Source of the DNA: Phycisphaerales bacterium
GTDB lineage: Bacteria; Planctomycetota; Phycisphaerae; Phycisphaerales; UBA1924
DNA length: 64,000 nucleotides
NCBI GenBank assembly: GCA_965227775.1
Contig: OZ245777.1
Span: 2,272,001 to 2,336,000, forward strand
Direction of reading: 5' to 3'
Positions 20,301 to 29,543 of the stretch are shown one piece after another. How positions within the stretch are numbered: position 1 is the first letter of the stretch; each line of letters opens with the position of its first letter. Made by a program: the position numbers and the translations under genes. The notes beneath the pieces were generated by a model. The model was not told where the DNA came from and did no database searches. It saw nothing but the letters and a program-made list of their open reading frames with translations.

Positions 20301-21880
20301 GCGCCACCCTCGCACGCGCCTTTCGTGTTATCTCGTCGCTCACGCTGCTGTCGCGCGTGCTTGGGCTCGTACGAGACGTTGTCACCGCTCGCCTCTTTGG
20401 CGACACCGCAGTCGGTTCGGCGTTCGCAGCAGCGTTTGCCGTGCCCAACACGTTTCGCCGGCTGTTCGGTGAGGGCGCGCTGGCCGCGGCATTCGTGCCC
20501 GAGTACGCCATGCTGGTGGAAAAGGACGCACGGGCCGCGGATCGCTTCGCGACATTCACGGTTGCACTCCTCGGCCTTGTGACGGCCGGACTTGCCTTAC
20601 TGGGAGAACTCGGCCTCTGGCTCGCACTGTCGATGGCCGAGCCGGGTAGCGCTCGACACTTTTCGATCTTGCTGGTCATGATCGCACTGCCGTTCATGCC
20701 GCTCATCTGCATCGCCGCCACACTCGCTGGCGTGCTGCAGACCCACGGCAGGTTTGGTCCACCCGCGGCACAGCCGATCGTGCTCAACCTGTGTGTGCTC
20801 GGCGCGGCAGGCGCATTTGTCCTCATCGATGGGCAGGATGTGCAGTCTGCGGCGATGCTCTTGTGCGCCGCGGTCGTCGCGTCAGGTGTGCTCCAAGTCG
20901 CGTGGAGCCTCGTCGCGCTCCGGCCAATCGTACGTTGGACCCGCGTGGTTGCTGGGGTCGGCCAGAGTGCCCGACGGCTCGTGAGACGTTGGGCCGGCGC
21001 CATCATCGGTCTCGGGACGCTGCAGGTGAGCGCCCTGCTCGACGTCGTGCTCGCGATGTGGCCGATCTGGTTCGGTGCGACCATGTTCGGGATCGCGTAC
21101 CCGATGGACGAGCAGTCCAATGCCGTGCTCTTCTACGCGCAACGGCTGTACCAGTTCCCGCTGGGGGTGTTCGGCATCGCGGTCGCAACGGCGGCCTTCC
21201 CGCTGCTCAGCCGGCTCGCATCCGATCGCGAGAAGTTCCACACAGCATTGGTGGATGCGCTCTCGCTCTCGCTTGCGATCGCCTTGCCCGCGAGCGTGGG
21301 CCTGATGCTGGTGTCGCATGACCTCACTTTCGTGCTCTTCGGCGGGTGGGGAGCGTTCAGCGAGGCAGGCTCCGCCCGAGCGGCGGCCGCGCTCGTGGGC
21401 TATGCCGCATGCGTCTGGGCGTACGCGTGCAACCAGGTGCTAACGCGTGCGTTCTATGCGCTCGGCGACACCAAGATGCCCGCGCTCGTCTCGCTCGTTG
21501 TGCTCGGGCTGAACCTCGTCCTGAATCTCTCGCTTATTTGGCTGCTCCGCGAGGCTGGCCTCGCTTGGGCGACGGCGATCGCCGCGGCTGTGCAAGCCTT
21601 GATATTGCTCATCGCCCTTGATCGCAAGCGCGGTGTGTCCATTTGGCGTGCGATCGTGAAACGTGGTTGGAAGGCGCTGCCGGCCGTGCTGGTGATGGCC
21701 GCGGTGGTGGGAACCATCATGTGGGTTTGGCGCACGCCTGGAGATTGGTCATGCCATCTCGTACGGCTCGTAGCGTGTGTTGGCTCCGGGGCCGTTTCCT
21801 ACGGCGTTGCAGCTCGCCTGTTCGGCTACCGGGAGCTTGAGAAGCTGATCCGACGAAAGGACTCGGGCGGTGAAAGTTGA
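20297..21880 (+). CDS. murJ: Lipid II flippase MurJ/MviN
   Basis: SRVLGLVRD, PNTFRRLFGEGAL, YAQRLYQFPLGVFG, RAFYALGDTK. Confidence 0.9.
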   Translation: MSATLARAFRVISSLTLLSRVLGLVRDVVTARLFGDTAVGSAFAAAFAVPNTFRRLFGEGALAAAFVPEYAMLVEKDARAADRFATFTVALLGLVTAGLALLGELGLWLALSMAEPGSARHFSILLVMIALPFMPLICIAATLAGVLQTHGRFGPPAAQPIVLNLCVLGAAGAFVLIDGQDVQSAAMLLCAAVVASGVLQVAWSLVALRPIVRWTRVVAGVGQSARRLVRRWAGAIIGLGTLQVSALLDVVLAMWPIWFGATMFGIAYPMDEQSNAVLFYAQRLYQFPLGVFGIAVATAAFPLLSRLASDREKFHTALVDALSLSLAIALPASVGLMLVSHDLTFVLFGGWGAFSEAGSARAAAALVGYAACVWAYACNQVLTRAFYALGDTKMPALVSLVVLGLNLVLNLSLIWLLREAGLAWATAIAAAVQALILLIALDRKRGVSIWRAIVKRGWKALPAVLVMAAVVGTIMWVWRTPGDWSCHLVRLVACVGSGAVSYGVAARLFGYRELEKLIRRKDSGGES

Positions 21881-22694
21881 ACTGACGGGAAAACCCATCG
21901 CCATCGCCGGCGCGAGCAGCGGCATCGGGCAGGCCACCGCGCTCGCGTGCGCGCGTGCGGGCATGCCCGTCGCGATCGGTGCCCGTCGGCTGGACAAGCT
22001 GCGGCAAGTCGCCAATGAGATCGATCGCGCGGGCGGACGTGCCATTGCCGTGGAGCTCGACGTTTCCAAGGACGGACCGTGCCGCTCATTCATCGAGCGA
22101 GCCGAGGAAGACTTTGGTCCTCTTCACGCTGTCTTTGCCAACGCAGGATTCGGTTTCGAGCGGGCAATCCACGAAACGACCGACGAGCAGATGCGCGAGA
22201 TCTTCGAGGTCAACTTCTTCGGCACGCTGCGCGTGCTTCATCCGGCAATCGAGCATTTCGTTGAACGGGGCTCGGGCCATGCGATCATTTGTTCGAGTAG
22301 CATCGGCAAGATGCCAATTCCCGGGTACGGCGCATATTGCGCAACGAAAGCAGCTCAGTGGCACGTCGGCCGGGCGATGCGGCACGAACTCAAGCCCAAG
22401 GGAGTCCACGTCTCGACCGTGCACCCTATTGGGACCCGCACCGAGTTCTTCGACGAAGCACGGCGACGGAGCGGCGGTGGCAGCCTGGTCGAGAACACGC
22501 CAGAGGCGTTCATCCAGACGCCCGAACGCGTCGCCAAGGCCATCGTGGCGTGCCTGCGGCGTCCGAAGGCCGAAGTCTGGACGAGCCTGCCGAGCCGCAT
22601 CGGCCTTGGTGCGCTGAGCACGTTCTACGGGCTCGCTGACATCGCCCTCGATCGGTTTGCTCGCCAGCAAGCCCGCATCAATGACGGTGCGTGA
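21870..22694 (+). CDS. SDR family oxidoreductase
   Basis: GASSGIG, ANAG, YCATK. Confidence 0.9.
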   Translation: MKVELTGKPIAIAGASSGIGQATALACARAGMPVAIGARRLDKLRQVANEIDRAGGRAIAVELDVSKDGPCRSFIERAEEDFGPLHAVFANAGFGFERAIHETTDEQMREIFEVNFFGTLRVLHPAIEHFVERGSGHAIICSSSIGKMPIPGYGAYCATKAAQWHVGRAMRHELKPKGVHVSTVHPIGTRTEFFDEARRRSGGGSLVENTPEAFIQTPERVAKAIVACLRRPKAEVWTSLPSRIGLGALSTFYGLADIALDRFARQQARINDGA

Positions 22695-22741
22695 TTTCGT
22701 CTTGCGTTTCCGACGAGGATCGGTTAGGCTGAAGTCGGCCA

Positions 22742-22766
22742 GCGGTCCGCAACGCAGGCGGACCGC
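22742..22766 (+). promoter_or_regulatory. 5'-UTR hairpin of the dockerin-tailed protein gene
   Basis: Perfect 9-bp stem GCGGTCCGC/GCGGACCGC, just downstream of a TAGGCT (-10-like) hexamer and upstream of a strong SD. Confidence 0.45.
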
Positions 22767-22815
22767 GACCAGTGCACCCGCCTCCGATTCGTGGGGGCCT
22801 ACAGGAGAGGTATCC

Positions 22816-23703
22816 ATGCACAAAAATCTGATCTCGATCTCGGCCCTTGCTGGTGTGGCCGGGGCGGCCATCGCTCAAGACGTCGCCATCGTTGCCGCCG
22901 CGGCGACCTCGAGCACCGCATCCCAATTCGTCGAGACCGAGCGCGTGCTGGTTGACAGCTTCGCATTCGACAGCGTGACGGTCATCAACACCGTGACTGA
23001 TACCCCGACGCTCGATGAACTCATGATGTTCGATTCGGTGCTGGTCTGGACCAACAACACTCCGGACGATCCCGACGGTTTCGGCGATGCGCTAGCCGAC
23101 TATGTGGACGCCGGCGGTGGCGTTGTCGTCGCGGTCTTCGCCAACAGCAGCACGACCACCGATCGTGACATCGGCGGCCGCTGGCGCGGCAACCCGGAGT
23201 ACGAGGTCATCGTTCCTCGCACCGGCAACCAGAGCGGCGCTGCTTCGCTCGGTGACATCCTGGAGCCCGACCATCCGATCGTGGACGGCGTGGTCACCTT
23301 CTTTGGTGGCACGTCGAGCTTCCGGCCCAACGTGACCGATCTAAACCCCGGCGCTCGGGCCATCGCCGAGTGGGATGACGGTCGGGTCCTCGTAGCTATC
23401 GGTGCCAACGAGAATCGCGTTGATCTTGGCTTCTACCCGCCACCAAGCACTTCTTCGGTGAGCTTCTGGGACATCGGCACCGATGGCGATCTGCTGCTGG
23501 TGCAGTCGCTGCTATTCGCCGGGGGCGACACAGGTTGCCGAGCCGACTTCGACGAGGATGGTCAGCTCACGATCTTCGATTTCCTGGCGTTCCAGAACGC
23601 CTTCGATGCGGGCGATCTGCGCGCCGACTTCGATGGTGATGGCCAGCTCACCATCTTCGACTTCCTTGCGTTCCAGAATGAGTTCGACGCTGGCTGCGAG
23701 TAA
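22816..23703 (+). CDS. Secreted protein with C-terminal GC-type dockerin-like domain
   Basis: SD AGGAGAGG; signal peptide ending AIA-Q; alpha/beta domain (GDALADYVDAGGGVV); duplicated DFDGDGQLTIFDFLAFQN; ends AGCE. Confidence 0.88.
   Translation: MHKNLISISALAGVAGAAIAQDVAIVAAAATSSTASQFVETERVLVDSFAFDSVTVINTVTDTPTLDELMMFDSVLVWTNNTPDDPDGFGDALADYVDAGGGVVVAVFANSSTTTDRDIGGRWRGNPEYEVIVPRTGNQSGAASLGDILEPDHPIVDGVVTFFGGTSSFRPNVTDLNPGARAIAEWDDGRVLVAIGANENRVDLGFYPPPSTSSVSFWDIGTDGDLLLVQSLLFAGGDTGCRADFDEDGQLTIFDFLAFQNAFDAGDLRADFDGDGQLTIFDFLAFQNEFDAGCE
23536..23700 (+). repeat. Dockerin-like tail, copy 1
   Basis: CRADFDEDGQLTIFDFLAFQNAFDAGDLRADFDGDGQLTIFDFLAFQNEFDAGC. Confidence 0.9.
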
Positions 23704-23731
23704 GCCCAGGCAACAACGCTTGGCAGGAACG

Positions 23732-23763
23732 AAAACGGCCCCGCTTCGCAGCGGGGCCGTTTC
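23732..23763. terminator. Bidirectional intrinsic terminator
   Basis: AAACGGCCCCGCT-tcgc-AGCGGGGCCGTTT between convergent genes. Confidence 0.85.
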
Positions 23764-23810
23764 ATTCGATGCGTGAGTCGAGCCCACTCGGGCTTGAACG
23801 CAACCCGTCT

Positions 23811-26534
23811 CTAGCGGGTACGCATGTACTGGGCCTCAAGGGCGCGCTCGATGCGGTCGCTCGCGTCCACAAGGTGAGCCTTGGTGTAGGTGTCCATCCC
23901 GCCGGCCTTCACGGCCTTGTCAATGTCCTGCCGCAGCTCACGCAGCTGCAGGTTTGCGACGTTCGAGAGCGCTGCGCCCGACGCACCCGGGAAGCCCCGG
24001 TTCGACAGGCTGATCAGGCGATCGACGTGCTGGCTCTGCAGGCCTCGACGAAGCGAACTGATCATCGGCTTGCGCTCGCTGAAGTCGCCGCTTGGCTTGT
24101 CCTTCAACTCGCTCCACGCAGCGTCCTTGATGGTCTTCATCACCTCCGCGAGGGTGATGTAGTCCTCGTCGGCATCGACGTGGAACTCGTTGTTGTACAC
24201 GCGGTTCAGCGTGGTCGGGTTAAGGATCATGGTCATCGCCGAGGCCTGGATGCCCTGGATGCGGTCGTGCACCGGGAACGCGGGCTCCTCGAAGATCGAG
24301 CCCTGGCCGCCGCCGTCCCACCACTTGTCCGTGGTCATCTTGCGGAGCAGGTCGGGGCTCAGGCCGAACGCATCGTCGTAGAACGTGTTGTTAATCACGA
24401 AGTTCAGAGCGGCGCGCTGCTGCTCGGCCGGAACCGGCGTCAGCGGCTCGAGATCACCCGGATCGCCCTTCTTGGCACGGCTCTGGAATGTGCCGCCAAG
24501 CCAGTTGGACATCATGCTGACAGCGTTCACGTGCTGGCCGAGCGTGATGTTGTAGCCGCGGCGGGCACGGGCCCAGCTGTCGCCTTCCTCGACGTACTTG
24601 TCGAGGATCTGGCTGCGAAGCTCAGCGACCAGACGCATTTGGTTCTCGGCGTAGTGCAGCGGGTCGGCTGAAAGGTCGTAGCGACGCGCCAGCGGATCGG
24701 GGCCCCAGGTGTCTTCATCGGTCGCGTACGCGAGACGCGGGTTGTCGACCTTCTTGAGGACCTCGTCCAGGTCACCATCGGTGTAGCCGTACTCGATGGC
24801 CCAGACGTCGTAGTCACCGATGTCGATGACCTCGTAGTTGCCCTGGATCTCTCCGGACTCCATGTTGATGTTGATGGGGTTGTAGTCCATCACCGAAGCG
24901 GCGAAGGGCTCCTTGTCCTTTACAGCCTCCGAGTTGATCTCCTCCATCGTGAAGATGGCCGAGGCCTTGAAGTTGTGCCGCAGGCCGAGCGTGTGGCCGA
25001 TCTCGTGCGCCGTCAGGTGTGCCAGTGCCGGGCCGACGAACCACTCGGGCACGCCGTCGAGCATGTCAGCGCCTTCCTTGGCCTCGGCTTCCCACAAGCC
25101 CAAAATATCACCGCTCAGGCGGGCAACGTCCATGTTCATGGCCTTCAGGTGGCTCATGTTGCAGGTGCCGTTCACGCCATAGCTGGCAATCAGGCTCTCG
25201 CGGGAGCCGTCGACGAAGTCGGGGCCCGACATCGCCGGGTGACCGCCAAACGGAAGCGTACCGCGGGCCTCACGCTGCGCGATGATGAAGTCACGCTGCT
25301 CGGGCGCGGCAAGCTGCACTCGCGGATCCCACTGCGGGTTCTCGTCGAGCCAGGCCAACGTCTCGGGCGTGAAGCCCTCCATGGCCACCTCGGGCAGCAG
25401 GTCGTTGTACTGGAACCAGTAGGCACGGATCCAGCCATCGGTCAGCACGACGTCGGCGTCGAGGATCTCGCCAGTCTCCGGATTCACGCGGCTTGGGCCG
25501 ATGGCGGTGCCGATGCCGTTGGTCAGCCAGCGGACGAAGTTGTAGCGAACGTCCTCTGGATCCTTGTCCATGTTGGCGCCAGTGTTCGCATCCTGGTAGA
25601 CGACTTCGATGGCACCGACGATGCCGACGTCCTCGAAGGCCTTGTTCCAGTACTCGATGCCCTCACGGACCCAGCGGCGGTACTTCACCGGCACCTGGTG
25701 GTCGACGTAGTACACGATCGCCTGCTTGGGTGGGCTCTTGCTCAGGCTCGGGTCGGCCTTCTCAAGGTTCCAGCGGTTGATGTACCGCGTCCACATCTGC
25801 GAACCATCCATCTCGGAGAAGTCACGGTAGCTGGTGGTGAAGTAGCCAACGCGTGCATCAGCCTTGCGCGGCTTGTACCCCGGCGTGCCTTGGATCTTGC
25901 TGATCGAATAGTGGTAGATCGCCATCTGCCCGGCGGCGTCAGGCGCCTCGATCGCGATCTCGATGTTCTCGGGGAACGTCTTGGCAGTCTTGATCGTGGT
26001 GAGTCGCGAGTTCAGGCGACCCGCACGAGGGCCAAAGAACGTGCCCGCGTTGTTCACGAGGAGCTTGTCGAGGTCGATGACCGGCTGGCCATTGGGACCC
26101 TTCGCAACGATTGGAACCTCCAAGAGCACGCGATCAGTAAAGATCCGATCGATGCCCTTCTCGACGCTCTTGTCGCCGCCGGCCCGAACACCAGTCTCGG
26201 GCAGCATGATCGCCAGACGATCGTTGAACTTCTTCCAGTACACGTACAGGTCGCCCGACTGCAGACCGGCGAAGATGTCTCCCGAGCCCATGGTCATGGC
26301 AAAGAAGTGCTTCTGACGCTCGAAGCCACGCGGGAGCTCGGCCAGCAATTGGCCGTCCTTCTCGCGCTTCCAGACGTTGAAGAAGCTCTTGCCGTCAGCC
26401 GTGGAGACGACCTGCTCGTAGCCCTCGCTGACCTTGTCGAATGGCGGGAAGTCGTCGCCGTATGCCTGGCCTGCCAAAGCGAGCAGGCTCGCCGCGACGC
26501 CAACGATGCCAATCTTGCGTGCCGATTTGCTCAT
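23811..26534 (-). CDS. Secreted zinc-dependent metalloprotease (DUF5117/DUF4953, Met-zincin)
   Basis: Signal peptide; ADARVGYF, YINRWNLEK, HEIGHTLGLRHNF, SVMDY Met-turn. Confidence 0.92.
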   Translation of the reverse strand: MSKSARKIGIVGVAASLLALAGQAYGDDFPPFDKVSEGYEQVVSTADGKSFFNVWKREKDGQLLAELPRGFERQKHFFAMTMGSGDIFAGLQSGDLYVYWKKFNDRLAIMLPETGVRAGGDKSVEKGIDRIFTDRVLLEVPIVAKGPNGQPVIDLDKLLVNNAGTFFGPRAGRLNSRLTTIKTAKTFPENIEIAIEAPDAAGQMAIYHYSISKIQGTPGYKPRKADARVGYFTTSYRDFSEMDGSQMWTRYINRWNLEKADPSLSKSPPKQAIVYYVDHQVPVKYRRWVREGIEYWNKAFEDVGIVGAIEVVYQDANTGANMDKDPEDVRYNFVRWLTNGIGTAIGPSRVNPETGEILDADVVLTDGWIRAYWFQYNDLLPEVAMEGFTPETLAWLDENPQWDPRVQLAAPEQRDFIIAQREARGTLPFGGHPAMSGPDFVDGSRESLIASYGVNGTCNMSHLKAMNMDVARLSGDILGLWEAEAKEGADMLDGVPEWFVGPALAHLTAHEIGHTLGLRHNFKASAIFTMEEINSEAVKDKEPFAASVMDYNPININMESGEIQGNYEVIDIGDYDVWAIEYGYTDGDLDEVLKKVDNPRLAYATDEDTWGPDPLARRYDLSADPLHYAENQMRLVAELRSQILDKYVEEGDSWARARRGYNITLGQHVNAVSMMSNWLGGTFQSRAKKGDPGDLEPLTPVPAEQQRAALNFVINNTFYDDAFGLSPDLLRKMTTDKWWDGGGQGSIFEEPAFPVHDRIQGIQASAMTMILNPTTLNRVYNNEFHVDADEDYITLAEVMKTIKDAAWSELKDKPSGDFSERKPMISSLRRGLQSQHVDRLISLSNRGFPGASGAALSNVANLQLRELRQDIDKAVKAGGMDTYTKAHLVDASDRIERALEAQYMRTR

Positions 26535-26816
26535 GATCCCTGTACTCCGTGTGTGAAGGCTTCCGCAGCGGCCGGTGCCGGGGCAAGGCGCCCTCGGGCC
26601 ATTGGCCTTTCATCCATCTCCCGCCGGTTCGTTCGGTCGGGATACACCTTCCCTGGTGTTGGTCTTGATACCGTGAATCCTAAGTCGTGACGCGCCATCG
26701 CGTTCAGTCTTGCACTCGGTCGAAGCCCAATCGGGCGTCTGGTGGAAATCCCGGATTCGATCGTGGAAGTGATCACCCTGGTACGGAATCACAATCCCGA
26801 CGCCCGAGAACCCAAC

Positions 26817-27917
26817 TCAGTCCTCATCGACCATCACCGACTCGGACTGTTGACCATCCGGGCCGATTCCAGACTGATTCGCCGCCGTGGGACCGTGTGC
26901 GGGCCCGGCCCACAGCACCAGAGAAGCCGTGAGAGCCGCAAACACGAGCGCCGAGAGCTGGAACTGCCGGTCCCTGGTCGCAAGCTCGGTGGGGTCGTCG
27001 AATTCGCCACGCTCGAGCAGGATGATGCATCGCAGCACGGCAAACATCGCGGGCAGCATGGTCAGCCAGAGGAGATTCATGCCCAGTCGGGGTGCATCGC
27101 CAAGTCCGAGCGATCGGTCTCCAAATACCCAAACAAACCTCGACTCTTGATCCTGCACGTAGCCCGCGTAGGTCAGCAGCATGGCGACCGCGGTCACGAC
27201 CACCATCATGCGCAAGAGTTCGTCGGTATACACGCTCTGGACCGACCTGGCCGCCGTGGCGTCGATTCCCAGGGTTCTCCGCTCGCCAAGACGCTTGCCA
27301 AACGCCAGGAACATCGCAAGGAATAGCGTCACATTGAGCAGCCAAGTGCTCGGGGTAATGCCGACCGCCGCGCAGCCGCCCAGCACCCGCAGAACGAACC
27401 CCAGTGCCAGGCTGATGACGTCGAGCACCGGCACCCGCTTGAGGCGGAGGCTGTAGGACGTCACATTGAGCACGTAGAGGCCCAGAAGCCCGCCCAGCGC
27501 AAAGGCGTGGGTCGTGCCCAGCATTGGGACGATCGCCGCTACGCAGCACGCACCAAGGATCCACAGTGCCGCCGCAAAGGCACGTGCGGTGCTTGGCGTA
27601 ACCCGCCCAGACGCGATCGGCCGTCTGCGCTTGCGGGGGTGCAAGCGGTCGGCATCGGCGTCGCGGAGGTCGTTGATCACGTAGCAGCCACTGGAGGCGA
27701 GCGCGAAGGCGATCATCGCCATAAGCACAGCCCCGAGTTCGACGGTGGCCGTGGCCCCGCCGAAGAACGGCCCAACCGCGACAAACGCCGATTTGGACCA
27801 CTGCTTGGGTCTCGCCAGGCGGAGCAGGGCCCGCCATAGCGGCTCATGCCCCGCCCGGTCCGTGCCGATGGCATCGTGGGCGGGATTCGTGCCTGCGTTG
27901 TCGAGCGCTGTGGTCAT
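26817..27917 (-). CDS. UbiA prenyltransferase family, decaprenyl-phosphate phosphoribosyltransferase-like
   Basis: RPKQWSK, YVINDLRDADADRLHPRKRRRPIASG, GFVLRVLGG, GKRLGE, DPTE. Confidence 0.88.
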   Translation of the reverse strand: MTTALDNAGTNPAHDAIGTDRAGHEPLWRALLRLARPKQWSKSAFVAVGPFFGGATATVELGAVLMAMIAFALASSGCYVINDLRDADADRLHPRKRRRPIASGRVTPSTARAFAAALWILGACCVAAIVPMLGTTHAFALGGLLGLYVLNVTSYSLRLKRVPVLDVISLALGFVLRVLGGCAAVGITPSTWLLNVTLFLAMFLAFGKRLGERRTLGIDATAARSVQSVYTDELLRMMVVVTAVAMLLTYAGYVQDQESRFVWVFGDRSLGLGDAPRLGMNLLWLTMLPAMFAVLRCIILLERGEFDDPTELATRDRQFQLSALVFAALTASLVLWAGPAHGPTAANQSGIGPDGQQSESVMVDED

Positions 27918-28100
27918 GGAATCTCGCTGTCGCTTCGTCGACCCGCGGCGGCCCCCAAGCGTAACAATCGGGCTTTGGGGCCGGTAAGTCCAACCGCTCT
28001 GGGCGCTTCATAGGCGGCCCCGGCTCGGAGAGTTCGCATCGATCACGCCGAGCCCAAGGCCGAGCCCAAAGAGGTTGCCGCCTCACCAAACGCGAGCCAC

Positions 28101-29543
28101 GTGGGCCCGTGGTGGCTCGCGGCGGTCCTGCCCGTCCTCTACGCGGCGGCCCTGTCCCCGATCGCGATCTTCAATGTGCTCAACGCCAGCGGTCGCGCTT
28201 CGTTCGATCAGGTGCTGTTCCACGAGCACACAATCGACGCGATGGCCAGGACCTGGCCCATTGCGAACCTGACATATCCCGATCATTTCGTTGCGATGAC
28301 GCCGGGTTACCACTGGATACTCGGCGGCGTCGCCCGATTCACGGGAATGGGCGACGCGGGCTTGCGAGTCGTGGCCATCGCCATCAGCGCCGCGATGTTC
28401 GCGCTGTTCGGCTACCTGCTGGGCAGGCGCTGCGGGCGGGTGTTTGGCGCGCTGCTGGTGGCGCCGCTTATGGCATCGGTCTACGTCGTGGGTTCGAGCG
28501 CGTGGCTGCTGGCGGACAACGCCGGCTGGTTCTGGGCCTGTCTGCTCGGGTTCGCGGCGATGTTCGGGCGGCCATCTCTTCGCTGGTCGATCGTGGTGGG
28601 CATCGGTCTGCTGCTTGCTGTCTGGACGCGCCAGAACATGTTGTTCCTGGCCCTACCGCTGTGGGCAGCCGCGTGGTTGCGCGAGACGCCCGATGGCCCA
28701 GCAACTTCGCATCCCCTCGTCGGCATCCCGCGTCGAGCGCTCAACCTCGTGCCGTTGGCGCTGGCAACGCTCCCAGCGATCGCAACGCTGTTGTACCTGT
28801 ACTCGGTTTGGAACGGTCTTGTGCCGTACGAGTTCCAGGGCCAGTACGACGGCATCAACCCGTCGAATGTCCCGTTGCAGCTTGTGGTGCTTGCGGGTCT
28901 CGGCGTCTTCTTCCTTCCAGCCATGTATGGCGTTGGTGAACTGGGATGGCGTACCGAGACGCTGACTCGCGTGCGCCCCTGCGTGCCTTGGCTCGTCGTC
29001 GCGGCCGTGCTCGCCGGATTGGCATCTGCGCTGGTGCCAACGACCTACGACCCGAAGGAAGGAAGGGCGGGTCTCATCTGGTCCGCGGCGCAGAAGCTGA
29101 ATCCACTTGGAGTCATCGGCGATTGCAATCCCCTGGTCGTGCTTGTCGCGATGGCGGGCGGCGTCGTGCTGGTGCTCATCCTCGCGACACTTCCGGCCCG
29201 CCAACGCTGGATACTTGGTGCACTTTGCGCGGGCTTCGCGATCGCCCAGGTTGCCAGCAGCGAGGTCTGGCAGCGATACCACGAGCCCTTCGCCCTGCTG
29301 TTCCTGGCCATCGCGACCGCGGCCGCCGTCCACCACCGCGGCCCGGCTTGGCGGCGACCACCGCTCGCCCAGAGCGGCCCGATCGCGTTGCTGGCCGTTG
29401 CCCTCGCGCTGACATCGGCCGTCATCCTCTGGAAGCGGGAGATCAACCCCTGGAGGAACGGCGCGAGCCAGACGCCGGTCAGTTCGCTGCTGCCGGATCC
29501 GCCTGCTGCTGATCCCGCAGCGCAGCCCGACGAGACCGAGTGA
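28101..29543 (+). CDS. Multi-TM GT-C-type glycosyltransferase (ALG10-like motifs)
   Basis: About 12 TM; DQVLFH...AMTPGY after TM1, WTRQN, WQRY. Confidence 0.6.
   Translation: MGPWWLAAVLPVLYAAALSPIAIFNVLNASGRASFDQVLFHEHTIDAMARTWPIANLTYPDHFVAMTPGYHWILGGVARFTGMGDAGLRVVAIAISAAMFALFGYLLGRRCGRVFGALLVAPLMASVYVVGSSAWLLADNAGWFWACLLGFAAMFGRPSLRWSIVVGIGLLLAVWTRQNMLFLALPLWAAAWLRETPDGPATSHPLVGIPRRALNLVPLALATLPAIATLLYLYSVWNGLVPYEFQGQYDGINPSNVPLQLVVLAGLGVFFLPAMYGVGELGWRTETLTRVRPCVPWLVVAAVLAGLASALVPTTYDPKEGRAGLIWSAAQKLNPLGVIGDCNPLVVLVAMAGGVVLVLILATLPARQRWILGALCAGFAIAQVASSEVWQRYHEPFALLFLAIATAAAVHHRGPAWRRPPLAQSGPIALLAVALALTSAVILWKREINPWRNGASQTPVSSLLPDPPAADPAAQPDETE

Noticed and set aside
29479..29543. 65-bp overlap of convergent GT-C and EEP genes
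   Set aside because: Both tails are low-complexity; consistent with ordinary stop-codon drift in GC-rich DNA.
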